A stretch of DNA of 64,000 nucleotides from Candidatus Goldiibacteriota bacterium (GCA_016937715.1 JAFGWA010000005.1:5040-69039), one strand, 5' to 3'. Shown: positions 37,030-47,205, counted from the stretch's first letter. Numbers and translations are program-made. Notes: a model not told the origin generated them from the sequence alone.

Positions 37030-37317
37030 ATGAAAAAAATAATGGTTTTATTGATACTTTGCGGAAGTTTAATGGCTGGATGCGCTTCAGGCGGCGCTGT
37101 AAAAAAAGATGACGCGCCTGCGGGAAAACAAGCTGTAATAATTTCCGACAAAACAGTTGACGTATGGCTGTCCCCGGCTTTGACAGGCGCCGCGCCATTC
37201 AGGACTTTAAACCCCGGCGATGAAGTAAAGGTATTAAGCACATCAAACGTTTCCGCGCTTATTGAAATGAAAGACGGCTCACGGGGATTTGTGGATGTGA
37301 TGAAGATATCGAAGTAA
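37030..37317 (+). CDS. Small lipoprotein with SH3-like domain
   Basis: Lipobox MAGC; L.PGD.V.VL...DG..GFV. Confidence 0.75.
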   Translation: MKKIMVLLILCGSLMAGCASGGAVKKDDAPAGKQAVIISDKTVDVWLSPALTGAAPFRTLNPGDEVKVLSTSNVSALIEMKDGSRGFVDVMKISK

Positions 37318-37319
37318 TC

Positions 37320-37470
37320 AGATGCTTGGATGCTCGGAAAAGCATGACGCTTGGATGCTTAGATGCTTGGTCAAAACCGGATACAAGCGAAAACAGCAAC
37401 TGCCGCGGGCTAAAGACCCGCGTCTACCAATGTTTCCAAGCATCTAAGCATCCAAGCCTCTAAGCATCTA
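37320..37470. repeat. Inverted octamer arrays enclosing a GTAG-REP hairpin
   Basis: GATGCTTG/GATGCTTA array on + (37320-37370), REP at 37401-37428, same array on - (37436-37470). Confidence 0.8.
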
Positions 37471-37477
37471 CTTCCGT

Positions 37478-40400
37478 TTACCTAACCACCGCTACTTTTT
37501 CAGTTGCTTTGTAATGTGAGGTTTCTACGGTTATTAAATATGTGCCGCTGTTTATTATGTTGCCGTTGTCATTTTTGCCTTCCCAATAAAGTTCTTTTGT
37601 TCCAACCTGTGTTATGACCCCGTCAAAAAGTGTTGCTACAAGCACGCCGGTTCTTGTGTAAACTTTAACTTTCACATTATCACCGGAATACACATTAAAC
37701 ATTATTGTCACCCGTTCGCCTTTATCCGGTTCTATCACGTTGTTGAATATCTTAATATCTTTTTCAGATATAACTTCCTTGTCAAATTTTCCGCTGCTTG
37801 TACCCCATACGCCGCAGATATCCTGCCCTTTTACCACAATCCTGTCTATGTCGCCAAATCCGGTCTGCTTTGGATAAAGCACACGGTAGACCCTGTCCTG
37901 TCCCGGCACAAGTGTACTTACAAAAGAAAGCACATCTTTATTTTCCGTGCCGCCGTGCGGGTAGACATCAATTGACGGCGGATTTACAAGAAGCACATTT
38001 GAAGTAATTTCAAAATATATATTGTCAGTATGCTCGGGGTTGAAAATCATTTTTACCGTAAACGACGGCGGTGTCACCCCGTCGCACGGAAGCGGCGTTG
38101 ATGTTAACGTTGGCTGTGCGGTAATAGTCATTGTGGGGGTAAATGTCGGGGTTATTGTTAAAGTAACAGTAGAAGTCTGTGTAGCGGTGCAAGTAACAGT
38201 GCGCGTTGAAGAAGCGGTTGCAGTTATGGTTGTAGTTGCGGTCTTTGTTATAGTAGAAGTGGGAGAAACTGTTATAGTGGGCGTCATTGTCAGTGTTGGC
38301 GACAATACAGCCGTAAGTGTAATAGTAGACGTGGGCGTGTGCGGCGGACACATGTCTTCTATGTTCCAGATAACCTGGTCATAACCTGTAGTAAGTGATG
38401 CTGTATGACCCGTAACCAGTAACCTGCAGATAGTCAGGCGTAATATAGAGTAACATTCATCATCATAGCCGGAGTCATAAACCCATTCCCCTGCTGTGCC
38501 GAATGTAGTGTCAATTGTGCCGTACATATCATAACGCCTTACAACGCAGTCTGTATCGCTGCCATTATGCCTTACATAAAGTATCACAAGTTTGCCGTCT
38601 ACTTCTATTATGCTTCTTATTTCTTCTCCCGGACCGGCTGTTAATATGCCGTCCGAATCAAAACCGGTGTCAAAAGTACCGTCTGCATTTAATACTATTG
38701 TGATTGAAGAACGGCACGTTAAAGTACAGCCGCTACCGTCATCCACATAGCCGCTTATAACTATTTTACCGCCAACGGTAATTATCATGGATTTTGGCAC
38801 GCAGTTTTTATGATTTAAAGCCGTGTTGATATATGAAGTACAGCCGCCTGTGCCGAAAGTGGAATCCAAACTTCCGTCATTTAAAAACTTCCACATACAC
38901 ATCGCCCTGCAGGTGCCTGTGCAGCCCGGGTCATTGGAATCGCTCCACCCTGATACAAGTATTTCTGTGCCAATGCACTTTATTGTAAGCGCGCAGTCAT
39001 TGCCGTTGCCGCCCGCCTGATTATGAATTTTTCTGCATCCTAATGGGCCGAATGTGGTATCAGGATTGGAGTCGGGATTTATCCTTGTTACGCACGCGTC
39101 ATAGTCGGTGCCGTTCCAGGACTTGCCCACGCATACGTATCTTCCGTTTGAATCTATATCAAAATCATAGAAATAATCATTGCCGCTTCCGTACGTCCTG
39201 AAACACTGGCCCGCGTTAAAACTTGTATCCGGCGTGCCGTCAGGCAGGAACCTGTAAATTATTCCATACGAACATGTTCCGCCGCATGGGTCAACAGTAC
39301 CTGCCACAATTATATTCCCGCTGCTGTCGCATTTGACCGTTATGGAATCACCCCATACATATTTCGTTGAAGGGCCGGGGCATACCATCCTGCCATTATT
39401 GCCAAACGACGTGTCTATTGACCCATCGGGTAAATACCTGTAAAGAACCGTAACATAACAGGTGCAGTTATCGTCCCATTCCAACGCGATAACAATTAAA
39501 TTGCCGTTATTGTCAACACACGAACCTTTTCCACCATTATCCCCCGGAAGCGGATTAATTATAATATCATCACCGGGAAAACTGTCAGCAGGCACAGTTG
39601 ATACAGGGGTAAGCGTTGATGTAGCGCTAAGGTCTACCGATGCTGTTATTGTCACCGTGGGTGACGGAGTTTTTGTGGCTGTATATGAAGCTGACAGGTT
39701 ATGCGTAACCGTAGAAGTGGCAGTTTGTGTTGAAGTTTTTGTCGGAGTCATTGTCAGCACAGCAGAAGGATTAATTGTTATCGTACGGGTTGCCGTCATT
39801 GTGGATGTTTGTGTCAGCACAACAGACGGTGTGATAGTTATTGTGGATGTTGCGGAAGGTTCTTTGGTTGTGCAATAAAAATACGTGTCATTTATTGTAA
39901 ACGCTCCGCCGGTTACACCGGTATATGTATAGTTTACAGTATTAGAAACCATCATTTCACATGGCGTAGAAATTGCCCTTACAACAATTTCTTTATTTCC
40001 TGCCGAATCAGCGCCTGTCATATCCCACGATATTACAACCGGGCCTGTTACATCAACACTATATCCGGCTGATGCTGATACCAGGTCAAACTGAGAAGGC
40101 AGCGTGTCCCATATAGCCCCGCTTGTCATAGCTGTTTTTCCATAAGCTACAAAATTATCATACGAATCCTGCGTATCTCCGCTGTCGCCGCTTTGTTCCC
40201 CAATACCGGGTTTCCATAAACTATCGCATTCCATCGGCGACGGGTCTGTCCATGTAAGCGACCATCCAACCGGTTCGGGTTCGCCTTTTGGCCAGACCTT
40301 TGCGCTTAATGAACCGTCTTTCGCGGCTGATATTTTGGCGGTATACCATTTATTGATTGTTATATCCACGGCATTTGTATAAGCAGGCCACGAGCAGGAT

Positions 40401-41839
40401 TCTTCGCATCTTTGAAATTGCAGCATACCCGCAGGCGCGGTATCAACAGACACCAGCAAAGCATATGACTTTGACCCTATGCCGTTTATTCCGTTATGCC
40501 TTATCATTATCATCGCATCCGAACCCATATATTCGGCTGTACCAAAGCCAATTTTAAAATCAGAATATATAATGGAGTCACAGTAATTATTATTGTCATC
40601 TATAAGCAGCATGGGATATTGTGTATTCAGCGCGTCACCCCTTATCACCCTGTTGCCTGTATTACATGCATCTTCCACATACCATGTTCCATTTGTGCCA
40701 TTATATGGCATAAAAGACCACCCTGTAGGGGGTGTTGCTGTATAAGTTCCCAAAGGGGTATCTTCAAAAGTCCTTATCGCTCCAAGTTCAATACCTCCGC
40801 TTAGGTCATAATTAATAGTATACGTCAGCATCTCCCCGTTGTAGACATTTGCAGGATTTGTCGAAACCGTTAAAGTTCTCTCTTCTATTGGATTAACCAT
40901 TACTGATGTTGATGACATTTCATCCGAAATTCCTGCCATTGAACCGGTTACAGCACACGAATAGTTAATGCCCACAGGAGCATCAGCTGTCATTTTCATC
41001 ACAACCCAGACTTTACCTTCTTTTTTGTCGATTGTCCCCGTAATATCAGAAAACTGCCATGTGATTGTCCCTGATGTTACCCCTATTGCCGGCGCGTTTA
41101 CGCTGCCGCCGGTTATTGAAACAGGGCCGTAACTTACAAGTTCTAAATTTCCGACGCCCGGAAGCGGTATCGCAGCACTTAATGCTCCGTTTGTATATGA
41201 ATAATCCGCGTTGAACATCACCAAATCCCCGGCTTTACGAAGTATCCCTTCGCTTTTCATCGTTATATTCATATCAGGAGGAGGCACAGCCGGCGTCCAG
41301 GTAAGGGATTCTGACGAACAATCAGCCGCAATATCCCAGTCAGATTCTCTTAAAGCAAAATTTTTCATCACCAGATGAAGATACATCTCTGAAACATTAC
41401 ATTCCGGATACATGCCTTTATCGGGAATATGTATTACAAATTCTTTTACGTAACTCTGCCCTCCTTCATTCATGCAATCCATACAGGGCGTCGACGCCAT
41501 CCATCCGTTTGGCGTGTTTGCAAGGTAATCTATATCTCCGCCCGGCGCGGCAGCCGGCCTTGCGGTTGCGACATCAACTCCCTTTTCACTTATCACAAAT
41601 ATCTGCCCTTGCCCGGACAACGAAGCATTAACTTTTTCCGGCTTACTGCTTATTGCAAGCGCCATCTGGCAGTCATCATAAAGTTCCGAACAGTAATCTA
41701 TTGTGACTGTTACTGTATCACCAAAAAAAGGATTTGCAGGGTTCATGGTCACAGAATTTATTTTTGGTTCCGCGAAAATATTTGCGGCCAGCATTATGAA
41801 CGCCGCAAGAATTAATATCAGTGCTTTTTTTATCTTCAT
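37478..41839 (-). CDS. 1453-aa secreted surface protein: lectin-like region, Thr-rich linkers, delta-60-like repeats, FlgD-Ig/T9SS-like C-terminal domain
   Basis: Signal peptide; repeated DG..D..FG; TxTxTP tracts; tail W.GKND.G...SG.Y...K.AVVR. Confidence 0.85.
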   Translation of the reverse strand: MKIKKALILILAAFIMLAANIFAEPKINSVTMNPANPFFGDTVTVTIDYCSELYDDCQMALAISSKPEKVNASLSGQGQIFVISEKGVDVATARPAAAPGGDIDYLANTPNGWMASTPCMDCMNEGGQSYVKEFVIHIPDKGMYPECNVSEMYLHLVMKNFALRESDWDIAADCSSESLTWTPAVPPPDMNITMKSEGILRKAGDLVMFNADYSYTNGALSAAIPLPGVGNLELVSYGPVSITGGSVNAPAIGVTSGTITWQFSDITGTIDKKEGKVWVVMKMTADAPVGINYSCAVTGSMAGISDEMSSTSVMVNPIEERTLTVSTNPANVYNGEMLTYTINYDLSGGIELGAIRTFEDTPLGTYTATPPTGWSFMPYNGTNGTWYVEDACNTGNRVIRGDALNTQYPMLLIDDNNNYCDSIIYSDFKIGFGTAEYMGSDAMIMIRHNGINGIGSKSYALLVSVDTAPAGMLQFQRCEESCSWPAYTNAVDITINKWYTAKISAAKDGSLSAKVWPKGEPEPVGWSLTWTDPSPMECDSLWKPGIGEQSGDSGDTQDSYDNFVAYGKTAMTSGAIWDTLPSQFDLVSASAGYSVDVTGPVVISWDMTGADSAGNKEIVVRAISTPCEMMVSNTVNYTYTGVTGGAFTINDTYFYCTTKEPSATSTITITPSVVLTQTSTMTATRTITINPSAVLTMTPTKTSTQTATSTVTHNLSASYTATKTPSPTVTITASVDLSATSTLTPVSTVPADSFPGDDIIINPLPGDNGGKGSCVDNNGNLIVIALEWDDNCTCYVTVLYRYLPDGSIDTSFGNNGRMVCPGPSTKYVWGDSITVKCDSSGNIIVAGTVDPCGGTCSYGIIYRFLPDGTPDTSFNAGQCFRTYGSGNDYFYDFDIDSNGRYVCVGKSWNGTDYDACVTRINPDSNPDTTFGPLGCRKIHNQAGGNGNDCALTIKCIGTEILVSGWSDSNDPGCTGTCRAMCMWKFLNDGSLDSTFGTGGCTSYINTALNHKNCVPKSMIITVGGKIVISGYVDDGSGCTLTCRSSITIVLNADGTFDTGFDSDGILTAGPGEEIRSIIEVDGKLVILYVRHNGSDTDCVVRRYDMYGTIDTTFGTAGEWVYDSGYDDECYSILRLTICRLLVTGHTASLTTGYDQVIWNIEDMCPPHTPTSTITLTAVLSPTLTMTPTITVSPTSTITKTATTTITATASSTRTVTCTATQTSTVTLTITPTFTPTMTITAQPTLTSTPLPCDGVTPPSFTVKMIFNPEHTDNIYFEITSNVLLVNPPSIDVYPHGGTENKDVLSFVSTLVPGQDRVYRVLYPKQTGFGDIDRIVVKGQDICGVWGTSSGKFDKEVISEKDIKIFNNVIEPDKGERVTIMFNVYSGDNVKVKVYTRTGVLVATLFDGVITQVGTKELYWEGKNDNGNIINSGTYLITVETSHYKATEKVAVVR

Positions 41840-41879
41840 TTTATTTCCTCCGTTATTGCTTTATTATTACCCTTGCCTA

Positions 41880-41908
41880 TATGACAGAATACAGCTTAAA
41901 TTAGTTCC
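41880..41908 (-). promoter_or_regulatory. ECF-sigma promoter of the surface protein
   Basis: GGAACT-N17-GTCATA, sharing ATTCTGTC with 44377-44405. Confidence 0.75.
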
Positions 41909-41910
41909 AA

Positions 41911-42822
41911 TTATTCCAGCAGCATATCCAGGCTTATCCTGTGGGTGGCGCCAAGCGTATCAAAGGGCTGATACGCGTAGGCAAATTTTACTTTTTCTAA
42001 AAGCACCCCTATTCCTATACTTAAATTAGCGGAATCATGCCTGAAGCCGTACCCTGCCCTGGCACACAGTATCTTAAACATTGTGCATTCCGCACCCAAA
42101 TCAAGCGTGGGAAGTTCATCTTTTATCCACAGCCGGTTCACGTCAACCGAAGCCCTTATGTTTAATTCCTGCGATATATCATATGAAGTGCTGACACCGG
42201 CTTTTATGTTTATCGGCATTGTATCCGCTATTTTAATATACGCCTGCTGCCAGCCGATGTTCTGCACGGCTATCCCGCCGTAAGTGTCCGGGTTGGACCC
42301 TATTTTTACCATTGCCCCCGCGTCCACCGCAAACCCTATCTTGTCGTAAATGTACAGTTTGCTGTAAAAGAATTTAAAGGTTGCGCCCGCGTATATGCCC
42401 GCAAAAACGGGCTGAGCGTATGAAATTAAACCCATCACGTCATAATTTTCCACATTGCCGCATTCATCCCCAAATTCATCTATTTCAACAAAATCAAAGG
42501 TATAATCAAGAAAAACCCCTACTGAAGTAACCGCACCGTTTTGAAGCGGGATTACAAGCGCGCCGTATTCATAATTGGTATCGGCAAACGAGGCAAAGTG
42601 AGAAAGCGTGATTTCCATAAGTTTTAAATCCGCGATGCCCGCGGGATTAAACAGAAGCGAATTGATGTCATGCGGTACGGCGCAGTAAGCGCCGCTGAAA
42701 GAAGCGGCTTTGGCAGGAGGCGATATCCTTAAAAAATCCGGACCCACGCCGCCGGCGGCAAATAACGACACGCTTAAAAACAAACACAAAAAAACGCATG
42801 ATAAGCGCCTTATCCCCGCCAT
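41911..42822 (-). CDS. PorV/PorQ-like (UPF0164) outer-membrane beta-barrel
   Basis: Signal peptide; FL.I.P.A...GA..A...D....FNPAG; alternating beta-strands; terminal THRISL. Confidence 0.8.
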   Translation of the reverse strand: MAGIRRLSCVFLCLFLSVSLFAAGGVGPDFLRISPPAKAASFSGAYCAVPHDINSLLFNPAGIADLKLMEITLSHFASFADTNYEYGALVIPLQNGAVTSVGVFLDYTFDFVEIDEFGDECGNVENYDVMGLISYAQPVFAGIYAGATFKFFYSKLYIYDKIGFAVDAGAMVKIGSNPDTYGGIAVQNIGWQQAYIKIADTMPINIKAGVSTSYDISQELNIRASVDVNRLWIKDELPTLDLGAECTMFKILCARAGYGFRHDSANLSIGIGVLLEKVKFAYAYQPFDTLGATHRISLDMLLE

Positions 42823-42854
42823 TTATCCCTCTTTGTTTTTAATTGAATACTTTA

Positions 42855-43790
42855 TTATCTTATGACAGCCGCTTTTATCTTTTTTTCCGCCAGCGGCGTC
42901 TTTATGTAAACTGTGTAAATCCCCGAAGCTGCCGCGCGCCCGCCATCATCTTTTCCGTCCCATGTAAATTCATAAGCGCCCGCGGGTTTTTTTTCGTAAA
43001 AATGCACCACCGGCTGCCCTGTCCTGTCGTATATCCTTATTTCCACCTGCCCCAAATCATCCAGCCTGTATTTTATAACAAACTTCTCTCCCTTGACAGC
43101 GTTAATTACATTATTCCTGACTTCTATTTCAGCAGGCGTGGGGGTTACAACTATTTTTTTATCAGAAGCGGCGGCAACAACCGGCGCGTCAGATATTTCA
43201 TTACTGCCTTTTAATGCGATTGGGAGTTTTTCATCCACAAACTGATTTACCTGCGGAATGTCTTTTGGCTCTTCCTTTTTTATATCTTCCTTAACCGGCT
43301 CTGCCGACACAATACGCGTTTCGCCTTCAGATTTTTTCTGTGTGACATATGTAACGGCTTTTTTTGTCTTTTTAGTCTGCTGTTTTTCCGTGATTTTAAC
43401 CGCAGGTTCTCCCGATGCGAATTCAACTTTTTTATCCTCAACAATACCCGGATTCATTACAAATAACCCGAATATCACAGCAGCCGCAAATGCCGCTGCC
43501 GGCACGGCAAAAACAGGCCGTTTTATATACTTTATAACCCTGTCAATTACAGACGGAGACTGCTCCCCGATTTTATCCCAAACCTTTAAATTAAAATCAG
43601 CGGGCAGTTTTGGCTCTTCTTTCATATCAGAAAACACGCTTTTAAGCGCAAGCACCGCTTTATATTCCAAAGCACATTTTTTACATGTTTTGACGTGCGT
43701 TTTTACTTCACCCTCTTCAGCAGCGCTTATATTGCCTTCTATTAAGCTGTTAATCAATCCGTTTACCTTTTTACAGCTCATTTCGTTCAC
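42855..43790 (-). CDS. Zinc-binding (zf-HC2) membrane anti-sigma factor with C-terminal FlgD-Ig/T9SS-like domain
   Basis: C...HxxxCxxC, one TM helix, charged linker, WDGKDD.G...SG.Y...K.AVIR. Confidence 0.88.
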   Translation of the reverse strand: MNEMSCKKVNGLINSLIEGNISAAEEGEVKTHVKTCKKCALEYKAVLALKSVFSDMKEEPKLPADFNLKVWDKIGEQSPSVIDRVIKYIKRPVFAVPAAAFAAAVIFGLFVMNPGIVEDKKVEFASGEPAVKITEKQQTKKTKKAVTYVTQKKSEGETRIVSAEPVKEDIKKEEPKDIPQVNQFVDEKLPIALKGSNEISDAPVVAAASDKKIVVTPTPAEIEVRNNVINAVKGEKFVIKYRLDDLGQVEIRIYDRTGQPVVHFYEKKPAGAYEFTWDGKDDGGRAAASGIYTVYIKTPLAEKKIKAAVIR

Positions 43791-44361
43791 CTAACTTTCT
43801 TGCCAGTTTTTGTTTCAGTTTTTCCCTTGCCCTTGAAAGCTTTGACTTTACGCTTCCCAGCGGAATTTTAAGAACTTTACTTATTTCATCATATTCCATT
43901 CCTTCTAAGTCCCTAAGTATAACCACGCTTCTTTCCGCGGGTTCAAAACCTTCCATGGCTTCCATCACGCATTCGCGCAGCTGCTTCTTTTCTGCCAGTA
44001 CATCCTGCCCTTCGCGGACATCCGCCACATCCACCGGGTCTTTATCGCGGCTTTCGTCCCCGCTTATGGAGTCGGTTTCATAATATTTTCTGCGTTTTAA
44101 CGTATCCAGCCGGTTTATGCACATGTTCACCGCCACCCTGTAAAGCCAGGTGGACAGTTTGGAGTCAAATTTAAAAGAGCCAATTTTCTCATACGCTTTG
44201 CAGAAGACTTCCTGCGCCATGTCGCACGCTTCTTCATTGTTTCTCATATACTTCAGGCAGACAGACGCAACCGTCCTTTTATACGCTGTAATTACCCTGT
44301 CAAAAGCCTGCCTGTCTCCGCGAACCGCCTTTTTTATTTCCTGTTCGTTCAGTTCTTCCAT
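43771..44361 (-). CDS. ECF RNA polymerase sigma factor
   Basis: A.D.AQEVF, STWLYRVAVN, Y.EIS..L.IP.GSVKS.L.RAR; overlaps the anti-sigma start. Confidence 0.94.
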   Translation of the reverse strand: MEELNEQEIKKAVRGDRQAFDRVITAYKRTVASVCLKYMRNNEEACDMAQEVFCKAYEKIGSFKFDSKLSTWLYRVAVNMCINRLDTLKRRKYYETDSISGDESRDKDPVDVADVREGQDVLAEKKQLRECVMEAMEGFEPAERSVVILRDLEGMEYDEISKVLKIPLGSVKSKLSRAREKLKQKLARKLGERNEL

Positions 44362-44376
44362 TTATCCCTCATTTAA

Positions 44377-44405
44377 TCGGACAGAATCCGCCCAAAATAA
44401 GTTCC
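44377..44405 (-). promoter_or_regulatory. Autoregulatory ECF-sigma promoter
   Basis: GGAACT-N17-GTCCGA just upstream of the sigma gene SD. Confidence 0.75.
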
Positions 44406-44603
44406 GGTTATTTTTAGCCCCGCCAATTACCATAAAATGCTTTCCTATTATATAACAATACACTGTTAAATTAACAGATGAAAAGAACACCTTTTTCCCC
44501 GTGCGGCAGAATATAACAAAATATCTCAATATTTGGCTTTATGCAGGTTAGTTTTTATGCTAAAATAACTTAAATTTTTTACAACTTACAGGAGGAAATA
44601 TAG

Positions 44604-47162
44604 ATGAAACTTATGGATTTTAATGTGTTACCAAATCTGCCGGAGAAGCTTAAACCGCTTCTGGACCTTGCTTACAACGTATGGTGGGCGTGGGATTCAG
44701 AAGCGTTTGCCCTTTTCAGGGACATTGACCCGGACTTATGGTCACAGACATCACACAACCCGGTTAAGCTGCTTTACAGGGTGCAGCAGGAAAAACTTGA
44801 GACAATTGCAAATGATGAAGGTTTTATCTTCCGCATCGAAAACGTCCTTAAAAAACGCAATCAGTACATGTCCAGGCCCTGCTGGTACGACAAAATAAAG
44901 AACAATCTGCCAAAAGATTATCAGATAGCGTATTTCAGCGCTGAATTCGGGCTTGCGGAATGCCTGCCTATTTATTCCGGCGGCCTTGGCGTCCTTGCGG
45001 GCGACCATTTAAAATCCGCTTCTGACCTTGGACTTCCTTTTATTGCGGTTGGCCTTCTGTATTCACAGGGCTATTTTCACCAGTACCTGACAACCGACGG
45101 CTGGCAGCATGAAAAATACGTAACGCACGATTACAATACGGCTCCCGTGAAACAGCTTAACAAAGCAGACGGCAGCAGCATTATAATTGAACTGAAGATG
45201 CCCCACGGCATTGTAAAGTTCGCGCTGTGGAAGGTTCAGGTGGGACGCATAAGCCTTTACCTTTTAGACACAAATATTCCGGAGAACAGCCACGCTGACC
45301 GTGATATCACTTCCAAACTTTACGGCGGCGACCTTGAAATGAGAATAAAACAGGAATACCTGCTTGGCATCGGCGGTATGATTGCGCTGGACGCCCTTGG
45401 AATTAAGCCCACTGTAACGCACATGAACGAAGGCCATTCTTCATTTTTAGCGCTGGAGCGCATAAAGATGCTAATGGAAAAAGAAAAACTTTCATTCAAC
45501 GAAGCAAAAGAAATTGTCGCGGCCAGCAGCGTGTTTACCACACATACCCCTGTCCCCGCCGGAAACGACAGATTTCCGCAGGAAATGATGGAAAGATATT
45601 TAAAAACCTATGTGGAACACTCCCTTAAAATATCATTTGAAGAGTTTATGAAACTGGGGCGCGTGTATCCGGAAGACAAAAGCGAATGGTTCTGCATGAC
45701 CGTGCTTGCCCTTAAGCTTTCGCACTTTAATAACGGCGTGTCAAAACTGCACGGCCGCGTATCGCGCGATATGTGGAAAGACATCTGGACAGGAGTGCCT
45801 GTGGAGGAAGTCCCCATAGGATACATCACCAACGGTATTCACATGAACAGCTGGATATCAAAAGAAATGTCAGACCTTTTCTTCCGTTATCTTGGCACAC
45901 GCTGGGTGGACGCGCCTGACGAACACGAAATATGGAAAAAAGTGGACGAGATTCCGGACACGGAACTGTGGAGCACGCATGAACGCAGAAAAGAAAGGCT
46001 TGTGGAATTTGTCCGCAGAAAACTTAAATCACAGTTAAAAGCGCGCGGCTCTTCAAAAGAAGAAATAGACGGCGCCGGCGAAGTGCTTTCTTCAGACGTT
46101 TTAACGATAGGATTCGCCAGAAGGTTTGCCACTTACAAAAGGGCTACCTTAATGATGCGCGACATTGAAAGGCTTAAAGCTATACTTACCAACAAACACA
46201 TGCCTGTACAGATAATATTTGCAGGCAAAGCTCATCCCAAAGACGATGCCGGCAAAGAGTTCATAAAACAGATAATTCACATTACCGAAAAAGAAGGGTT
46301 AAGAAACCACATAGTCTTTGTTGAAGACTATGACCTTAACACCGCCCATTATCTTGTTCAGGGAGTGGACGTGTGGATGAACAACCCCAGAAGGCCGCTG
46401 GAAGCAAGCGGTACATCGGGCATGAAGGTTATTTTCAACGGCGGATTAAACTTTTCAGTGCTTGACGGCTGGTGGGACGAGAAAGCGGATGCGGACAACG
46501 GCTGGTGCATAGGCCGCGGCGAAGAATATGAAGATATAGCTTATCAGGACGCTGTGGAAGCTAATTCCATTTATGACACGCTTGAAAACGACCTTGTCCC
46601 TCTTTATTACAAACACGGTAAAGACGGATTGCCGCATGACTGGATAAAAAAGATGAAAACATCCATTGCCACCCTTGGCCCCGTATTTAACACAAACAGG
46701 CAGGTAATGGAATATACTGAGATGTTCTATAAACCCGCCGGGCTTAACTACGCCAAACTTGCCGGCAGCGGGCTTGACAAACCAAAGAACATAAGCAAGT
46801 GGAAAGAAAAAATAGCTTCTAAATGGGACGCGGTAAAAATAACTTCCGTAAGTTCCGGTGATTCTTCCGCGATTAAAGTAGGCGGTTCGCTTAAAATAAA
46901 CGCGGAACTTGAAAGCGGCGGATTAAACGCGGAAGACCTGCTGGTGGAAATTTATGCCGGCTATGACAGAGGCGGAGAAATACTGGAAGAAATAAAAACA
47001 TTTGAAATGAAAGCCGTTTCAAATGAACACGGAAAAATAAAATACGAAAGCACCGTTACACCTTCCACTTCCGGTGCTGTAAATTATTCCGTAAGGGTAA
47101 TGCCGGCGCATCCGGATGTAGCTTTTAAATTCCTTCCCGGTTACATTAAGTGGTACGAATAA
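44604..47162 (+). CDS. glgP: Alpha-glucan (glycogen) phosphorylase
   Basis: YSGGLG.LAGD, HMNEGH, FARRFATYKR, EASGTSGMK (PLP). Confidence 0.96.
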   Translation: MKLMDFNVLPNLPEKLKPLLDLAYNVWWAWDSEAFALFRDIDPDLWSQTSHNPVKLLYRVQQEKLETIANDEGFIFRIENVLKKRNQYMSRPCWYDKIKNNLPKDYQIAYFSAEFGLAECLPIYSGGLGVLAGDHLKSASDLGLPFIAVGLLYSQGYFHQYLTTDGWQHEKYVTHDYNTAPVKQLNKADGSSIIIELKMPHGIVKFALWKVQVGRISLYLLDTNIPENSHADRDITSKLYGGDLEMRIKQEYLLGIGGMIALDALGIKPTVTHMNEGHSSFLALERIKMLMEKEKLSFNEAKEIVAASSVFTTHTPVPAGNDRFPQEMMERYLKTYVEHSLKISFEEFMKLGRVYPEDKSEWFCMTVLALKLSHFNNGVSKLHGRVSRDMWKDIWTGVPVEEVPIGYITNGIHMNSWISKEMSDLFFRYLGTRWVDAPDEHEIWKKVDEIPDTELWSTHERRKERLVEFVRRKLKSQLKARGSSKEEIDGAGEVLSSDVLTIGFARRFATYKRATLMMRDIERLKAILTNKHMPVQIIFAGKAHPKDDAGKEFIKQIIHITEKEGLRNHIVFVEDYDLNTAHYLVQGVDVWMNNPRRPLEASGTSGMKVIFNGGLNFSVLDGWWDEKADADNGWCIGRGEEYEDIAYQDAVEANSIYDTLENDLVPLYYKHGKDGLPHDWIKKMKTSIATLGPVFNTNRQVMEYTEMFYKPAGLNYAKLAGSGLDKPKNISKWKEKIASKWDAVKITSVSSGDSSAIKVGGSLKINAELESGGLNAEDLLVEIYAGYDRGGEILEEIKTFEMKAVSNEHGKIKYESTVTPSTSGAVNYSVRVMPAHPDVAFKFLPGYIKWYE

Positions 47163-47177
47163 AATAACATCTTACGG

Positions 47178-47205
47178 CAGGCGCCGTGCTTTTGCACGGC
47201 GCCTG
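47178..47205 (+). other. Strong hairpin without U-tract between glgP and the next gene (mRNA stability or attenuation)
   Basis: CAGGCGCCGTGC-TTTT-GCACGGCGCCTG. Confidence 0.6.
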
